NCBI GenBank assembly: GCA_964035545.1
Contig: OZ037767.1
Span: 11,728,581-11,792,580, forward strand
Direction of reading: 5' to 3'
DNA length: 64,000 nucleotides
From: Bugula neritina
Lineage: Eukaryota; Animalia; Bryozoa
Shown here: piece after piece, positions 49,584 to 64,000 of the stretch
Layout: each line of letters starts with the position of its first letter
Position numbering within the stretch: the stretch's first letter is position 1
Translations under genes and position numbers: made by a program
Notes under the pieces: generated by a model
What the model saw: only the letters and a program-made list of their open reading frames with translations
Told to the model about the DNA's origin: nothing
Database searches by the model: none

Positions 49584-49830
49584 TATATTTATTTACCATT
49601 ATATATATTTATTATTATATATATATTACAATAGTTTTGTGCAGTAAACTATTTAGTCCTGCGAGATTTTATAAAATATTATGAATATAAATATACTAGA
49701 AACATTGTTGTTTTATTACTTTATTAGTAATATAAGTTAATTACTTTTCCTAATAATGTAATAAAACAACAATATTTTTCATATATTTATTCATAATTAA
49801 ATTGTTAGCTCGTAAAGATATATTTAAATA
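49477..49830. repeat. Small foldback fragments of Penelope-like 3' ends around AT microsatellite
   Basis: 49477-49530 and 49620-49670 are inverted copies made of pieces of the ribozyme-B region; 49727-49830 matches the tail at 17303-17400, with a short inverted copy at 49691-49726. Confidence 0.75.
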
Positions 49831-49832
49831 TA

Positions 49833-49967
<135 letters not shown>

Positions 49968-49994
49968 AGTAAAGAACGATAAAATTTGATTTAA

Positions 49995-50055
49995 AACACT
50001 TTATTACTACTAGTTTCATGTGCATAGAATGTACACAATCATCAGATAAAATGTT
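49995..50055 (-). ncRNA. Hammerhead ribozyme A' (inverted copy)
   Basis: Reverse complement of 51171-51231. Confidence 0.85.
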
Positions 50056-51170
50056 AAGATGTAATGTAACAAGAATAAAAACATACCATATATATGTATG
50101 AGAAATGTGTGTAAAAGCTATAAAGCCAATGGATTAAAATACATAAATAGATGGAATAAAAGTGATTAAGAGATTAAAATGTCAAGTCACATTCTCTAGG
50201 AGGAGCTTTCTAGCGTGCCTGCATGTTGTTATGATCTCATTACGGCTGTTGAGTGAGGATAGTTGTGGCTTGCAAATTATAAAGTATTTTTCTAGCAGGC
50301 ATAGCTTGCAGAGTGGTGACTGCTTGTTGCATGGTTGTGCTCTGGCTAGAATTTTCCACTTTATCTCATAAGCTATATTATTGTTCTTTAATTTCCAAAT
50401 ATATTTGCTCAGCTCGGTGGAGTTTTGTTTACTGGTGTTCTTGAAGCTGGCTGTGTGGTTATTGTATCGATACTTGAACTGGTTCTGGGTTAGTCCCACG
50501 TATGTCTCTACTGCTGTGTTGTTGTTGTTTGTGACTGTTGCCTGGTAAACGACAGCCTCAGTGCAGCACTGGCCACTCAGTGGGCAATTGTTTTTAGATT
50601 TGCAGTTACATGGCTTTGTGTGGTGTTCATGTTCTTCTGATTTCAATACTTTCTTATTGTGACCATTTATGATTGCTGCTATGTTAGGCATGCAGCTATA
50701 TGACACTTTTAGCAGTAGAGACATACGTGGGACTAACCCAGAACCAGTTCAAGTATCGATACAATAACCACACAGCCAGCTTCAAGAACACCAGTAAACA
50801 AAACTCCACCGAGCTGAGCAAATATATTTGGAAATTAAAGAACAATAATATAGCTTATGAGATAAAGTGGAAAATTCTAGCCAGAGCACAACCATGCAAC
50901 AAGCAGTCACCACTCTGCAAGCTATGCCTGCTAGAAAAATACTTTATAATTTGCAAGCCACATCTATCCTCACTCAACAGCCGTAATGAGATCATAACAA
51001 CATGCAGGCACGCTAGAAAGCTCCTCCTAGAGAATGTGACTTGACATTTTAATCTCTTAATCACTTTTATTCCATCTATTTATGTATTTTAATCCATTGG
51101 CTTTATAGCTTTTACACACATTTCTCATACATATATATGGTATGTTTTTATTCTTGTTACATTACATCTT

Positions 51171-51231
51171 AACATTTTATCTGATGATTGTGTACATTCT
51201 ATGCACATGAAACTAGTAGTAATAAAGTGTT
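51171..51231 (+). ncRNA. Hammerhead ribozyme A (type I, minimal stem III)
   Basis: AACATTTTAT-CTGATGA-T-TGTGTA-CATTCTA-TGCACA-T-GAAA-CTAGTAG-TA^ATAAAGTGTT: 10-bp stem I, 6-bp stem II, GUA cleavage after 51221. Confidence 0.85.
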
Positions 51232-51317
51232 TTAAATCAAATTTTATCGTTCTTTACTTTTATTTATTTACTCTGCTCTGCACTGCATTGAGCTCTCTTT
51301 AGTGGTAAACTATACAC

Positions 51318-52655
<1,338 letters not shown>

Positions 52656-52677
52656 TTATATATATATATATATATAT

Positions 52678-54205
52678 TATTGAAGAAAATAGCAATTTAA
52701 TTAGATGTTTTATTGCGCTACTAGTAGTTTCATGCCTCATCGGCACTCCTCAGGCACAATATTGGTTAATTTAAATTTTTACAGTAAGAAAATCAACATG
52801 CTAAACATAACGTAAAACGTAATGCCAACATAGCAGTGGCTTTGTTGTTATATAGGTTTGTAAGTGTAATTAAATATATAAAAAAAGAAACACATAATGT
52901 AAAAACACAATTTATAGCAGATGCATGAAGTTGTTGTTGGGTGATTATACTTTATAGGTATCTGGATATAATTATTTATTATAGTACATAAAATATAAAT
53001 AGGCTACAGAGTTTCTAGGTTTTGTGGTTGCACAGTAAGAATTTTTTTGAGTGTCGGTAGGTTGATAGGAGTGTGTTTCGCTTGTTTAAAGTACACATGT
53101 TAGGTTTGCATAATATAAAGAAACATTCCCATAGGCATAAATTACACCTTTTGGTAACTGTGTTGTATGGTTTCGCACTCCTTAATATTTTCCAACTTAA
53201 ATTGTGTTTAATGTTTTTGTTAGTTAGTTGCCAAATTTATTTGCTAAGTTCTGTTTGATTTGCCTTTTCCTTGTTTTTAAATGATGATTTGTGGTTTGCG
53301 TATCTTAGTTTGAACGGTCCTTCACTTAGTCCAATGTATGTTGCAGGTTTGTTTTTGGTGGTTTCTACAGTTGCTCGGTATAGTACTCTGCTCTCCTGAC
53401 AGTTTCCTTTTAGTGGACAACTTTCTTTTTCTCTGCAGTTGCAATTTTTTCTGGGAGTTTTGTTTTATTGCTTCTGTTTCTCTAAAATTCTATTATTGTT
53501 TGCATTTATGGTCTGTTTTATGTTTGGCATGCAGCTGTAGCTAACTTTTATATTGTTTTTGTTGATTATTCTATAAAGTGGGTGTTGTTTCGGAAATTCC
53601 TCAATCATAATTTTAAAGAAGTTTTTTGCAATTTTTGTGGTTACATGTTGGCTGTATGGTGGATTGTACCAAACAACTTTTCTTTTCCCGTTTCGGGATT
53701 TCTGTTGTGTGTTGTCTGTTTGTGTTCTTGGTAGGAATTGTAGTTGGTGTTTATAGCCACTTTGGTTTAGGAGGCTTTGGTGGTTGTAGGTGGATTGAGT
53801 GAAAATTTTCTCATTATATAATATTGACAACAGTCGTTTATTAACAGACGATGGTAGGTTGGAGATTATGCTTGGTGGGTGGTTGGGTTTGCTATAAACA
53901 TATTTAGTAGAACTGTTTGGCTTAGTGTATAGTGTGTAGGTTTTGTTGTTTAGGTTGAGCGTGGTGTCTAAGAAGTTGATAATTTTTTTTATTTGCTTCG
54001 ATTGTTATTTTTTTCCATTTTCAGAAAATATTTTGCAGACATCCTTTTTTATGTTCTCTATTTCTTTTGATGCTTTCTCGGCGACTCATAAGCCATCATC
54101 ACTGTACAGGCCGAAGTTTTTGCCATGTTTTTGTGTTATTAGATTTAAGATGTACGCCCCAACTAGTTCGCATTTTTCAGCGCAGTCGTACCCGTCGTAC
54201 ACGTA
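52678..54205 (-). mobile_element. Penelope-like element C (Naiad-type), 5'-truncated, with stops: RT + GIY-YIG
   Basis: [23 protein letters not shown] (PLE RT), WYNPPYS, KVSYSCMPN, CNCREKESCPLKGNC, TYIG, CNLCLWE. Confidence 0.92.
52711..52761 (-). ncRNA. Hammerhead ribozyme C (type I, intact core)
   Basis: TATTGTGC-CTGAGGA-GTGCC-GATGA-GGCAT-GAAA-CTACTAG-TA^GCGCAATA: 8-bp stem I, 5-bp stem II, palindromic CTACTAGTAG, cleavage between 52719 and 52718. Confidence 0.9.
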
Positions 54206-54214
54206 TATATATAT

Positions 54215-54557
<343 letters not shown>

Positions 54558-55591
54558 ATGTATGTATATATAAATATATACAACAATTGATTATTAAATG
54601 CATGACAATAAAATGATTGTTGAAGAATAACGTAAATAACTTAAACTCAATGTTGATTCTAAAAGCCATTGTTGCCCAATTCATTTGCAGCAAATTTGTA
54701 TACACAGCTAGTAGATGCATGTTTCCTTAATTATGTACAACATTGCTATATGATTATGTAAATGTAATATTAATATGGGTTTCTTTATTATTTACTCATC
54801 TGTTCTGTATTTTGAACAGCACACTAAACCTTGAAAAACTGGGTGAGCAACATATTCATTACTACAATTTTTTTTATATAATCATAACGATAATTAATAT
54901 TTGAAGTTACTCAAGTTCTATATATGTTGAATATTTATAATGCTACCTAATGTAGATGCTGTGTATAATCTCTATTCATATAAATTATATTTACTAGTGC
55001 AAATGACGTATAAGTAGCCCACTTACGTATCACATTAAGTTATACAGCTAATTTGATTAATGTGATTAAATTATGTAGTTTGAATATATGCTAGTATATT
55101 ATAATACTTGCTGTAGTTTACAACTATTGGAGAGTTTATTACTGTACTTGTGTGTTAAAAGTTTGTCTAGCAGCAGTATTTGTCATTCTTCTAGCTTCAA
55201 TATTTACTCACTAAGATCAGTTGATTTAAAATTTATATATATGACATATTTCAAAGATAGTCTGAGGTAACTCTTTAATTTGTGCCTGTTGAGAGAGTCT
55301 AACATGCAATTTATCCAAATTATATTTAATATAACTATTCTGTGAAAGACATTGATAGTTCTAAAATTTTAAGTTTGTAGAAAATGCCATGCATTTGGGA
55401 AAATATAAGCTTTCACTTTAACTTGAGTTGATACTCTTTTGCTATAATTTCAGATAGATGTTTTTTGTGATGCATGAGAAACCAAAGGCAGTTGTGCAAA
55501 AGTTTATAAGATATTTGTAAGTATTTTCTGCTATAAATATACGAATGTCATCGCCTACACGAATAATAAAGGCAGCTGCTATTCTGATACA

Positions 55592-58500
55592 ATATTATAG
55601 GAATCAGTCATTTCATGAGCTGCTCCTGTATTAAATAACTATAAAGTACTATACTTCAAAACTTTGATATGTTGGCGCTAAAAACAACACAATATTTCTT
55701 AACTTCAATGGTCACCTTTGGTCACCTTTCACCGCCGTGGTCCTAATTTATATAAAAGCAAATTTCTATAAGCTGTTGGCTGTTGAAGTTTCACGTTTAA
55801 AAATTTTAGACACTGTTTATTTATTGATATTTTAGTTATGAACCTCTACATAGTCCAAACACATTGGAACATGAGCCAATCAAATCAACTAAACTACTTC
55901 TTGCTGACACATCCTTCAGGAATGAGTCTGTCAAAGAGACAAGTTCAGCCATAGCCTTCATTGCTTCATTCCACTCATCTTTTTGGAAACACTTTTGTAA
56001 ATTGCTGGTGCATCAAATTCCTCTTCTTTTTCAATTGCTGGCAATGTATGGATGTGTACTTTGTAATTTCCCACTGCATGAATTTTGTTTATCTTTTTCT
56101 GCAACTTCAGCACTAAATCTGTTAATGCATGTCAAAGGTGGCCACATTAAGGGCAGCTTCTTCGTGCTGTCAATATATGGATGCTGGCTCTTTTTCTTCG
56201 ATGACTGAACTCAGGTTAGGCTTAAACAATTTTTTGTTGCATCTGTAACACTATTGTTGATTATTTCATTGACAAGAGCTTTTCTCTGTAATAATTCCTC
56301 ATCATTGACTTGAGCATGGAAAGGTGTTTGTGCATTCATAGTGACTTTCAGCTCAATCTCATCATCATTCTGTGCTGCCTTCAACTCAGGAATTGCTGCT
56401 GTCGTTGAATCTGATTTGTTGTCGCCGATATTATGAGAAGCCTTTCCTTGTTTATTCATCGTAGGTGTTTCTTTGTTAGCCATAGAAGGAAATTGGAAGT
56501 CTTTAACCTCTACCTCCTTGTCTACTGGCATAGCAATTGTGGCTAAGGAAACACTAGGGTTTATGGAGTTGTCATTTCTGTTTACTGGCTTAGGTTCTGT
56601 GACTGAAACACTCATGGAGCTTGACTCCATAAATACAAGGTTATCCAGACAGCTCTCTGCCTAAAAAAAGTCATCTAAATTAGCGAGTTTTGTTACCCTT
56701 CGCTCTTTTCTTTTGCCTTCTGCTTTGAGAGTTGTCTTGCTGGTTGTTGACGCCAGAATTGGTGGCATTTGAGAAATATGGTTGCAGGTTGTTTCTGATT
56801 ATAGACACTTGTCACTCTGAAAATTGGTATTGTCTGATGTTTTCGTATCATTCTGGCTTCGGTTTCTTGGGTTGACATGTTTAGTGACTAATGGTAAACA
56901 TATTCGGTACTTTGCTTTTATTTTCAAAATTTGTATTCAATTTTTTTATTTAAAGCAAAACAACTATCATTAAAATGCTTGTTTTGAATCCACACATTAA
57001 GATTATTCAAATGTATGCATGTTTCTCTATGATTTTTCAATGAAAATGCTTACCTACTTTGAATGCCAGTGATTTGAAGATTCAATGTCTGTGTGTTTCC
57101 ACCTTGAATAGATGGGACACTGGTTTACCATCCCGAGAAAATATTACATTGGTTTGTGTGCTCCCATTTGCAGCAGATTGATTGTGGCAACTTCAAGTTG
57201 ACTGCTTATTTTATGGCTTCCATTTCTATTTGTTTGACTTGAAGCAACACAAATCATTTTGCTATTTGTTTGAACGGATAGTCCACAAGTTTCTTTTACC
57301 GCTGTTTGTGTGGAAGCTGCTGCAGTCCTTTTGAATGGCTTTTCTGTGTGAGATTGACATCAGCTAAATACTCAAGATGACAAATGGAAAATACATCTTC
57401 TTCTTAAACTCCGAATCCTCAATTGTTCCACATATAAGCAGTTTCCATCTTTAGTGTTCGTGAGATAAATATTAGAATTATTGTTCCATTTAAAAACTGG
57501 CAAGTAATGCTGTTGAAGCAATTTTCTTAGTTTATATTATAGGAATCAGTCATTTCATGAGCTGCTCCTGTATTAAATAACTATAAAGTACTATACTCCA
57601 AAACTTTGATATGTTGGCGCTAAAGACAACACAATGTTTTTTAAATTTATTAATTTATATAAAAGCAAATTCTATAAGCTGTTGGCTGTTGAAGTTTCAC
57701 ATTTAAAAAGTTTAGGCATTGTTCATTTATTGATATTTTAGTTATGAACCTCCACATAGTCCAAACACATTGGAACATAAGCTAATCGAATCAACTGAAC
57801 TACCTCTTGCTGACACATCCTTCAGGAATGAGTCTGTCAAAGAGACAAGTTCAGCCATAGCTTTCATTGCTTCATTCCGCTCATATTTTTGGAAACACTT
57901 TTGTAAATTGCTGGTGCATCAAATTCCTCTTCTTTTTCAATTGCTGGCAATGTATAGATGTGTAATTTGTAACTTTCCACTGAATCTTGTTTATTTTTTT
58001 CTGCAACTTCAACAATAAATATGTTAATGCATGTCAAAGGTGGCCACACCAGGGGCAGCTTCTTTGTGCTGTCAATATTAGATGCTGGCTCTTTTTCTTC
58101 GATGACTGAACTCAGGTTAGGCTTAAACAATTTTTTGTTGCATCTGTAACACTATTGTTGATTATTTCATTGACAAGAGCTTTTCTCTGTAATAATTCCT
58201 CATCATTGACTTGAGCATGGAAAGGTGTTTGTGCATTCATAGTGACTTTCAGCTCAATCTCATCATCATTCTGTGCTGCCTTCAACTCAGGAATTGCTGC
58301 TGTCGTTGAATCTGATTTGTTGTCGCCGATATTATGAGAAGCCTTTCCTTGTTTATTCATCGTAGGTGTTTCTTTGTTAGCCATAGAAGGAAATTGGAAG
58401 TCTTTAACCTCTACCTCCTTGTCTACTGGCATAGCAATTGTGGCTAAGGAAACACTAGGGTTTATGGAGTTGTCATTTCTGTTTACTGGCTTAGGTTCTG

Positions 58501-60968
58501 TGACTGAAACACTCATGGAGCTTGACTCCATAAATACAAGGTTATCCAGACAGCTCTCTGCCTAAAAAAAGTCATCTAAATTAGCGAGTTTTGTTACCCT
58601 TCGCTCTTTTCTTTTGCCTTCTGCTTTGAGAGTTGTCTTGCTGGTTGTTGACGCCAGAATTGGTGGCATTTGAGAAATATGGTTGCAGGTTGTTTCTGAT
58701 TATAGACACTTGTCACTCTGAAAATTGGTATTGTCTGATGTTTTCGTATCATTCTGGCTTCGGTTTGTTGGGTTGACATGTTTAGTGACTAATGGTAAAC
58801 ATATTCGGTACTTTGCTTTTATTTTCAAAATTTGTATTCAATTTTTTTATTTAAAGCAAAACAACTATCATTAAAATGCTTGTTTTGAATCCACACATTA
58901 AGATTATTCAAATGTATGCATGTTTCTCTATGATTTTTCAATGAAAATGCTTACCTACTTTGAATGCCAGTGATTTGAAGATTCAATGTCTGTGTGTTTC
59001 CACCTTGAATAGATGGGACACTGGTTTACCATCCCGAGAAAATATTACATTGGTTTGTGTGCTCCCATTTGCAGCAGATTGATTGTGGCAACTTCAAGTT
59101 GACTGCTTATTTTATGGCTTCCATTTCTATTTGTTTGACTTGAAGCAACACAAATCACTTTGCTATTTGTTTGAACGAATAGTCCACAAGTTTCTTTTAC
59201 CTCTGTTTGTGTGAAAGCTGCTGCAGTTCTTTTGAATGGATTTTTTGTGTGAAATTGACATCAGCTAAATACTCAAGATGACAAATAGAAAGTGCATCTT
59301 CTTCTTAAACTCCGAATCCTCAATTGTTTCACATATAGGCAGTTTCTATTTTTAGTGTTCGTGAGATAAATATTAGAATTATTGATCCATTTAATAACTG
59401 GCAAGTAATGCTGTTAAAGCAATTTTCTTAGTTTATATTATAGGAATCAGTCATTTCATGAGCTGCTCCTGTATTAACTAACTATAAAATACTATGCTCC
59501 AAAACTTTGATATGTTGGCGCTAAAGACAACACAATATTTTTTAAATTTAATAATTTATATAAAAGCAAACTTCTATAAGCTGTTGGCTGTTGAAGTTTC
59601 ATATTTAAAAGTTTTAGACATTATTCATTTATTGATATTTTAGTTATGAACCTCTGCATAATCCACACACATTGGAACATAAGCCAATCGAATCAACTGA
59701 ACTACTTCTTGCTGACACATCTTCCCGGAATGAGTCTGTCAAAGAGACAAGTTCAGCCATAGCCTTCATTGCTTCATTCCACTCATCTTTTTGGAAACAC
59801 TTTTGTAAATTGCTGGTGCATCAAATTCCTTTTCTTTTTCAATTGCTGGCAATGTATGAATGTGTACTTTGTAATTTTCCACTGCATGAATTTTGTTTAT
59901 CTTTTTCTGCAGCTTCAACACTAAATATGTTAATGCATGTCAAAGGTAGCCACATCAGGGGTAAGTTCTTTTGTGCTGTCAATATTACATGCTGGCTCTT
60001 TTTCTTCGATGACTGAACTCATGCTAGGTTTAAACAATTTTTTGTTGCATCTGTAACACCATTGTTGATTATTTCATTGACAAGAGCTTTTCTCTGTGAT
60101 AATTCCTCATCATTGACTTGAGCGTGGAAAGGTGTTTGTGCATTCATAGTGACTTTCAGCTGAATCTCATCATCATTCTGTGCTGCCTTCAACTCAGGAA
60201 TTGCTGCTGTCGTTGAATCTGATTTGTTGTTGTCGATATTATGAGAAGCCTTTTCTTGTTTATTCATCATAGGTGTTTCTTTGTTAGCCATAGAAGGAAA
60301 TTGGGAGTCTTTAACCTCTACCTCCTTGTCTACTGGCATAGCATTTGTGGCTAAGGAGACACTAGGGTTTATGGAGTTGTCATTTCTGTTTACTGGCTTA
60401 GGTTCTGTGACTGAAACACTCGTGGAGCTTGACTCTGTAGATACAAGTTTATCCAGACAGCTCTCTGCCTTAAAAAGTCATCTAGATGAGCGAGTTTTGT
60501 TACCCTTTTTTCTCTTTTTTTGCCTTCTGCTTTGAGAGTTGTCTTGCTGGTTGTTGAAGCCAGAATTGGTGGCACTTGAGAAATCGGGTTGCAGGTTGCT
60601 TCTGATAGACACTTGTTACTCTGAAAATTGGTATCGTCTGGTGTTTTCGTATCATTCTGGCTTTGGTTTGTTGGGTTTACTGGTTTAGTGGCTAAAGTTA
60701 AACATACTACTTTACTTTTATTCTCAAAATTTCTATTCAATATTTTTATTCAAAGCAAAACAACTATGATAAAAATGCTTGTTTTGAATCCGAACATTAG
60801 GATTATTAAAAGGTATGTTTCTCTATGCTTGTTCATTGAAAATGCTTACTTTGAATGCCAGTGGTTTAAAGATTCAATGTTTGTATGTTTCCATTTTGAG
60901 TAGATGGGACACTGGTTTGAGTTTTACCATCCCGAGTAGATGTTGCATTGGTTTGTGTTTCTCCATTT
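55592..60968 (-). repeat. ~1.9-kb tandem triplication (units start ~55592, ~57534, ~59435) carrying a decayed minus-strand coding-like sequence
   Basis: Repeated ORFs at 56211, 58112 and 60019 (offsets 1901 and 1907); frameshifted low-complexity S/T/N/K/E-rich peptide with no domain I recognise. Confidence 0.93.
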
Positions 60969-61779
60969 TGAATATTTTAATTTTAATTAGATACTGTGAT
61001 CCTAATTGCGGTTATATATAAGACAAATTAACATTTTATAAGCTGCTGAGCCACAGATGTTGAAAATTTGGAAAATGTTTGCTTATGTACATATGATGCA
61101 AGTTTTATAAGCTAATCTTAGATTACATTATTTTGTTGCTGGTTGTTAAAATAAAACTGTAGGCATGTCATTTGACACAAATGTTCACTGTTCCCAATGG
61201 TAACTAGTACTAGCTTGGTTTAATTTTTTAAAAGAACAAAATTTTATGTGAAGCTTTACATTGTGCGTATGAATATGTTATTTATCTATATATGAAATGG
61301 TAATAAACAAAAATTAAAAACATATGTTAGATTGTGTTATTATACATATTTAATGAATAAACTATTCAAGAACATCTTAAACAAATATATGTCTTTTGTG
61401 AATAATTGTTAAGCCAATGTGAATTATACAAATATGATGTTACTAGCTGCGGCTAACATAATGGAATAAAATTAACATAACCTTCGCACTCTGAGTATCT
61501 GTGAGGATTTTAACTACATCTCACACATTATAATCGTTTCATTTCTGTTTATACTCTTCTGCATTCGGCCTTTTTGCCTCTCTGTTTCCTGATCTTCTCT
61601 CCGAGGTCTCCCTTTTTAAATCACCAAACAAGTATTTACATGCATTTGTTATATAACATGCAATCCTACCAATAATACAGAGTTAAAATTTGAGATTATA
61701 CAATAAAAGTAGCAATATAATGTCGAGTAGAAAAAGCAATGGCATCAAAACAAAATGTTGAACCAACCAAGATATTGGC

Positions 61780-63060
61780 GGTAACGGGGGGGGGGGGGGG
61801 TGGGGGGCACAATGATCATAGGGGTACAAAAAATCAGCCAAATTGTGAGAAAAAAGAAGGTATTGACATATTTATTCAGTCATTGTAGTTTCAACACTTG
61901 TGGAGCATACATGTTGAAGAGGCGAGTCGAAAACTGTTTTTATCTATTTTTTGTAATTCTTTTAAGGTGTTGTTAAAGCTTTATAACTTTTTACACTCAA
62001 ATGTAACAAGCCTATAAATTTTACTGATATTGTCACTATTGCTTGTCTCTATATTGCTTATCTAGTATAACAGGAAAATCTAAAATAAATTTTCCTTGAG
62101 CCATATGTATTTTCAACTTGGCCACATAGAGCACAATAGGCCACGCTGACCGGAGCACAATGGGCCACCTGATCATTGCACCCTGATCACCGTTATTAGT
62201 TTGTTTGCCCAAAAAGTTAGTTGAAATGTTAATAAAATTGATAGATATAGCCATCTTTGACTTTTTTGTAAAATATCAAAGACATCATGCTAAGACTACC
62301 AAACTACAAGGTGAAGCTTCCATAATATATGCATCTAGTGAGGTTATGGCTTTGCCATTCTATTCATCGTATAAAACACTCTGCTGTTGCTATTAGTGGA
62401 TAGTCAGATATTCATTATACATTATATCATTGAGGGAATATACATGTATATGACAAAAATGAATTGCGATTTGCTCATTTCTTCCCCCCTCTCCCTTCCG
62501 TACTTCAGCCACAAACCTAGCCATGCACCTTAGCTACAGTTTATAGAAAAAAGTCCACTCGGAATAGTTTGTTCGTGTTATTAAAATTGTTTTCTGATGA
62601 AAGTTCCTGTGAAGTAGAAATAGAAAAAATATTCCTAGTTCTAAACAGTAATGAAAATGGTACCCTAGAAATGAGTGATGTGCATTTGATTTTGCCCTCC
62701 CCCTGCTATCTGTGGTGCCACAAACTGTACAGCTAAAACATGATTTTTGCTATAGATCTAAAAGAATATTCTTATTTATTTGTAATATTAAATAAATAAA
62801 GATCAGATGCAACCAAATCAGCAAATTTTCAATTTGTTTATTGTGTCCCACCCAGGGGCCCATTGTATCCCGGTACCGAGGCACAATGATGGGCCATTTT
62901 TTTGTCATCAAAAATTTCTTATTCTACAAATTGTGAAAGAGATAGAAACAACCAACTGATACCTATAATAGACAACTGATGTAACATTTAGACTAGAGAT
63001 TATTGAACTAAAAACTTGAAAGACAGACGAATGAGAGCTAAAAATTAAAATTTTGGCCCG
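61780..63060 (-). mobile_element. Non-autonomous DNA-transposon-like repeat, copy 2 (inverted relative to 24853-25950)
   Basis: Colinear reverse-complement similarity; GGGGCACAATG-type motifs near 61803, 62150 and 62880. Confidence 0.7.
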
Positions 63061-64000
63061 GTGAACAAATGAGTGTTATTTTATGAAAGCTGTGCTATCG
63101 TTTTGTTCCACGCCAAAGTCATAGTTTAGCCACACCGTATTCCATATGTTTTGCTTTGAGTGTAAGCTAGAGTTATACTCTCTCTCCAGTAGATATCCTC
63201 AGTCTAACTCTACAGTTATGCCTATTTTGCTTTTAATACTGCTTCAAGCTTTAGCCTAGATTGTGAGCAATATTTGTAGTGCAGAAAAACATGATCTATG
63301 CTAATGTTCACAAGATCTTCCGATAAATTTTGCAAATTTTGTATAAATAAGAAGTTTGCTAGCATAACTGATATAATAATTGGACAACATTTCTTATTTC
63401 TTTGACTGCAAAAATGCTTGCAAGATATTGAAACATTGGTCTGAACATTAATAATTCTTTGTGCCATTTGACTCAAAATATGTTAACTTTCTGCTGCATA
63501 GAAAAGTGCTTTTGTCTGTAAGTATAATATGTACATTGCAATTATGTTTGTCACGTACTAAAGTCTGAATTATACTCTGTTTAATAAATTTTTTTGTCAA
63601 TTTTAAGCTCTAATGTAAAATGTTTGCAGCTTTTGAAGGCGATCAGCCACAATGCAGAACTAATCAAGGTTATGTGCTGCATGCTATATTGTCCAGTACA
63701 GTCATCAGCTATAAGTTATATTTTCATATGTTCCTTATATAACAGTAAAGAAAACTTATTTTAAATAAATTGATGGCAGATTATATTGCTATGACATTTT
63801 TCTCCATATATGGTACAATAAACTGAGGTATTAGCAATATATTATTCATGTGGTGGCTTGCATGTTTCTAATAGGTATATTTACTCTTTCTGCTATTCAC
63901 AAACAAGTAGGACTCTGTTTGATGATGTTTTTGACAACAAAATATTTTGTAGGCAGTTAAAATCTAAAAGGGGAGCTGCTGTATACATGCTTTCTGATGA

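Overview
AT-rich, transposon-dense animal DNA, probably from an invertebrate; the species cannot be determined from sequence alone. Three host genes are supported. (i) A C2H2 zinc-finger gene at 13.7-14.8 kb with six intact fingers and two frameshifted fossil fingers. (ii) A 4-exon minus-strand gene I reconstructed (22300-19889) encoding a ~568-aa secreted protein: signal peptide, WSC, NHL-like repeats, PAN/apple. (iii) A 7-exon aldo-keto reductase (43308-47834) with an in-frame TAG and two introns built from minisatellites. Most of the rest is mobile DNA: several Ty3/gypsy elements, an intact-ORF2 CR1/L2-group LINE, an RTE fragment, a tRNA-derived SINE, an ISL2EU-like remnant, a three-level nest of MITEs (Harbinger > hAT > MULE-like), and a 1.9-kb tandem triplication. 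Two gypsy elements have a tRNA-Leu PBS, and three share a -1 frameshift signal with a conserved stem. The most striking system is at 49.5-54.6 kb: a chain of different Naiad-type Penelope-like elements inserted into (TA)n/(TG)n microsatellites, each carrying a minimal hammerhead ribozyme. Two otherwise divergent elements also share a ~55-80 nt 3'-UTR hairpin, and one element forms a 555-bp-arm palindrome. A second unusual feature is an intronic 41-bp minisatellite in the reductase gene that repeats the U1 snRNA 5' sequence (ACUUACCUG); its last unit can fold over the adjacent 3' splice site. All calls come from manual reading; no searches or folding programs were run.
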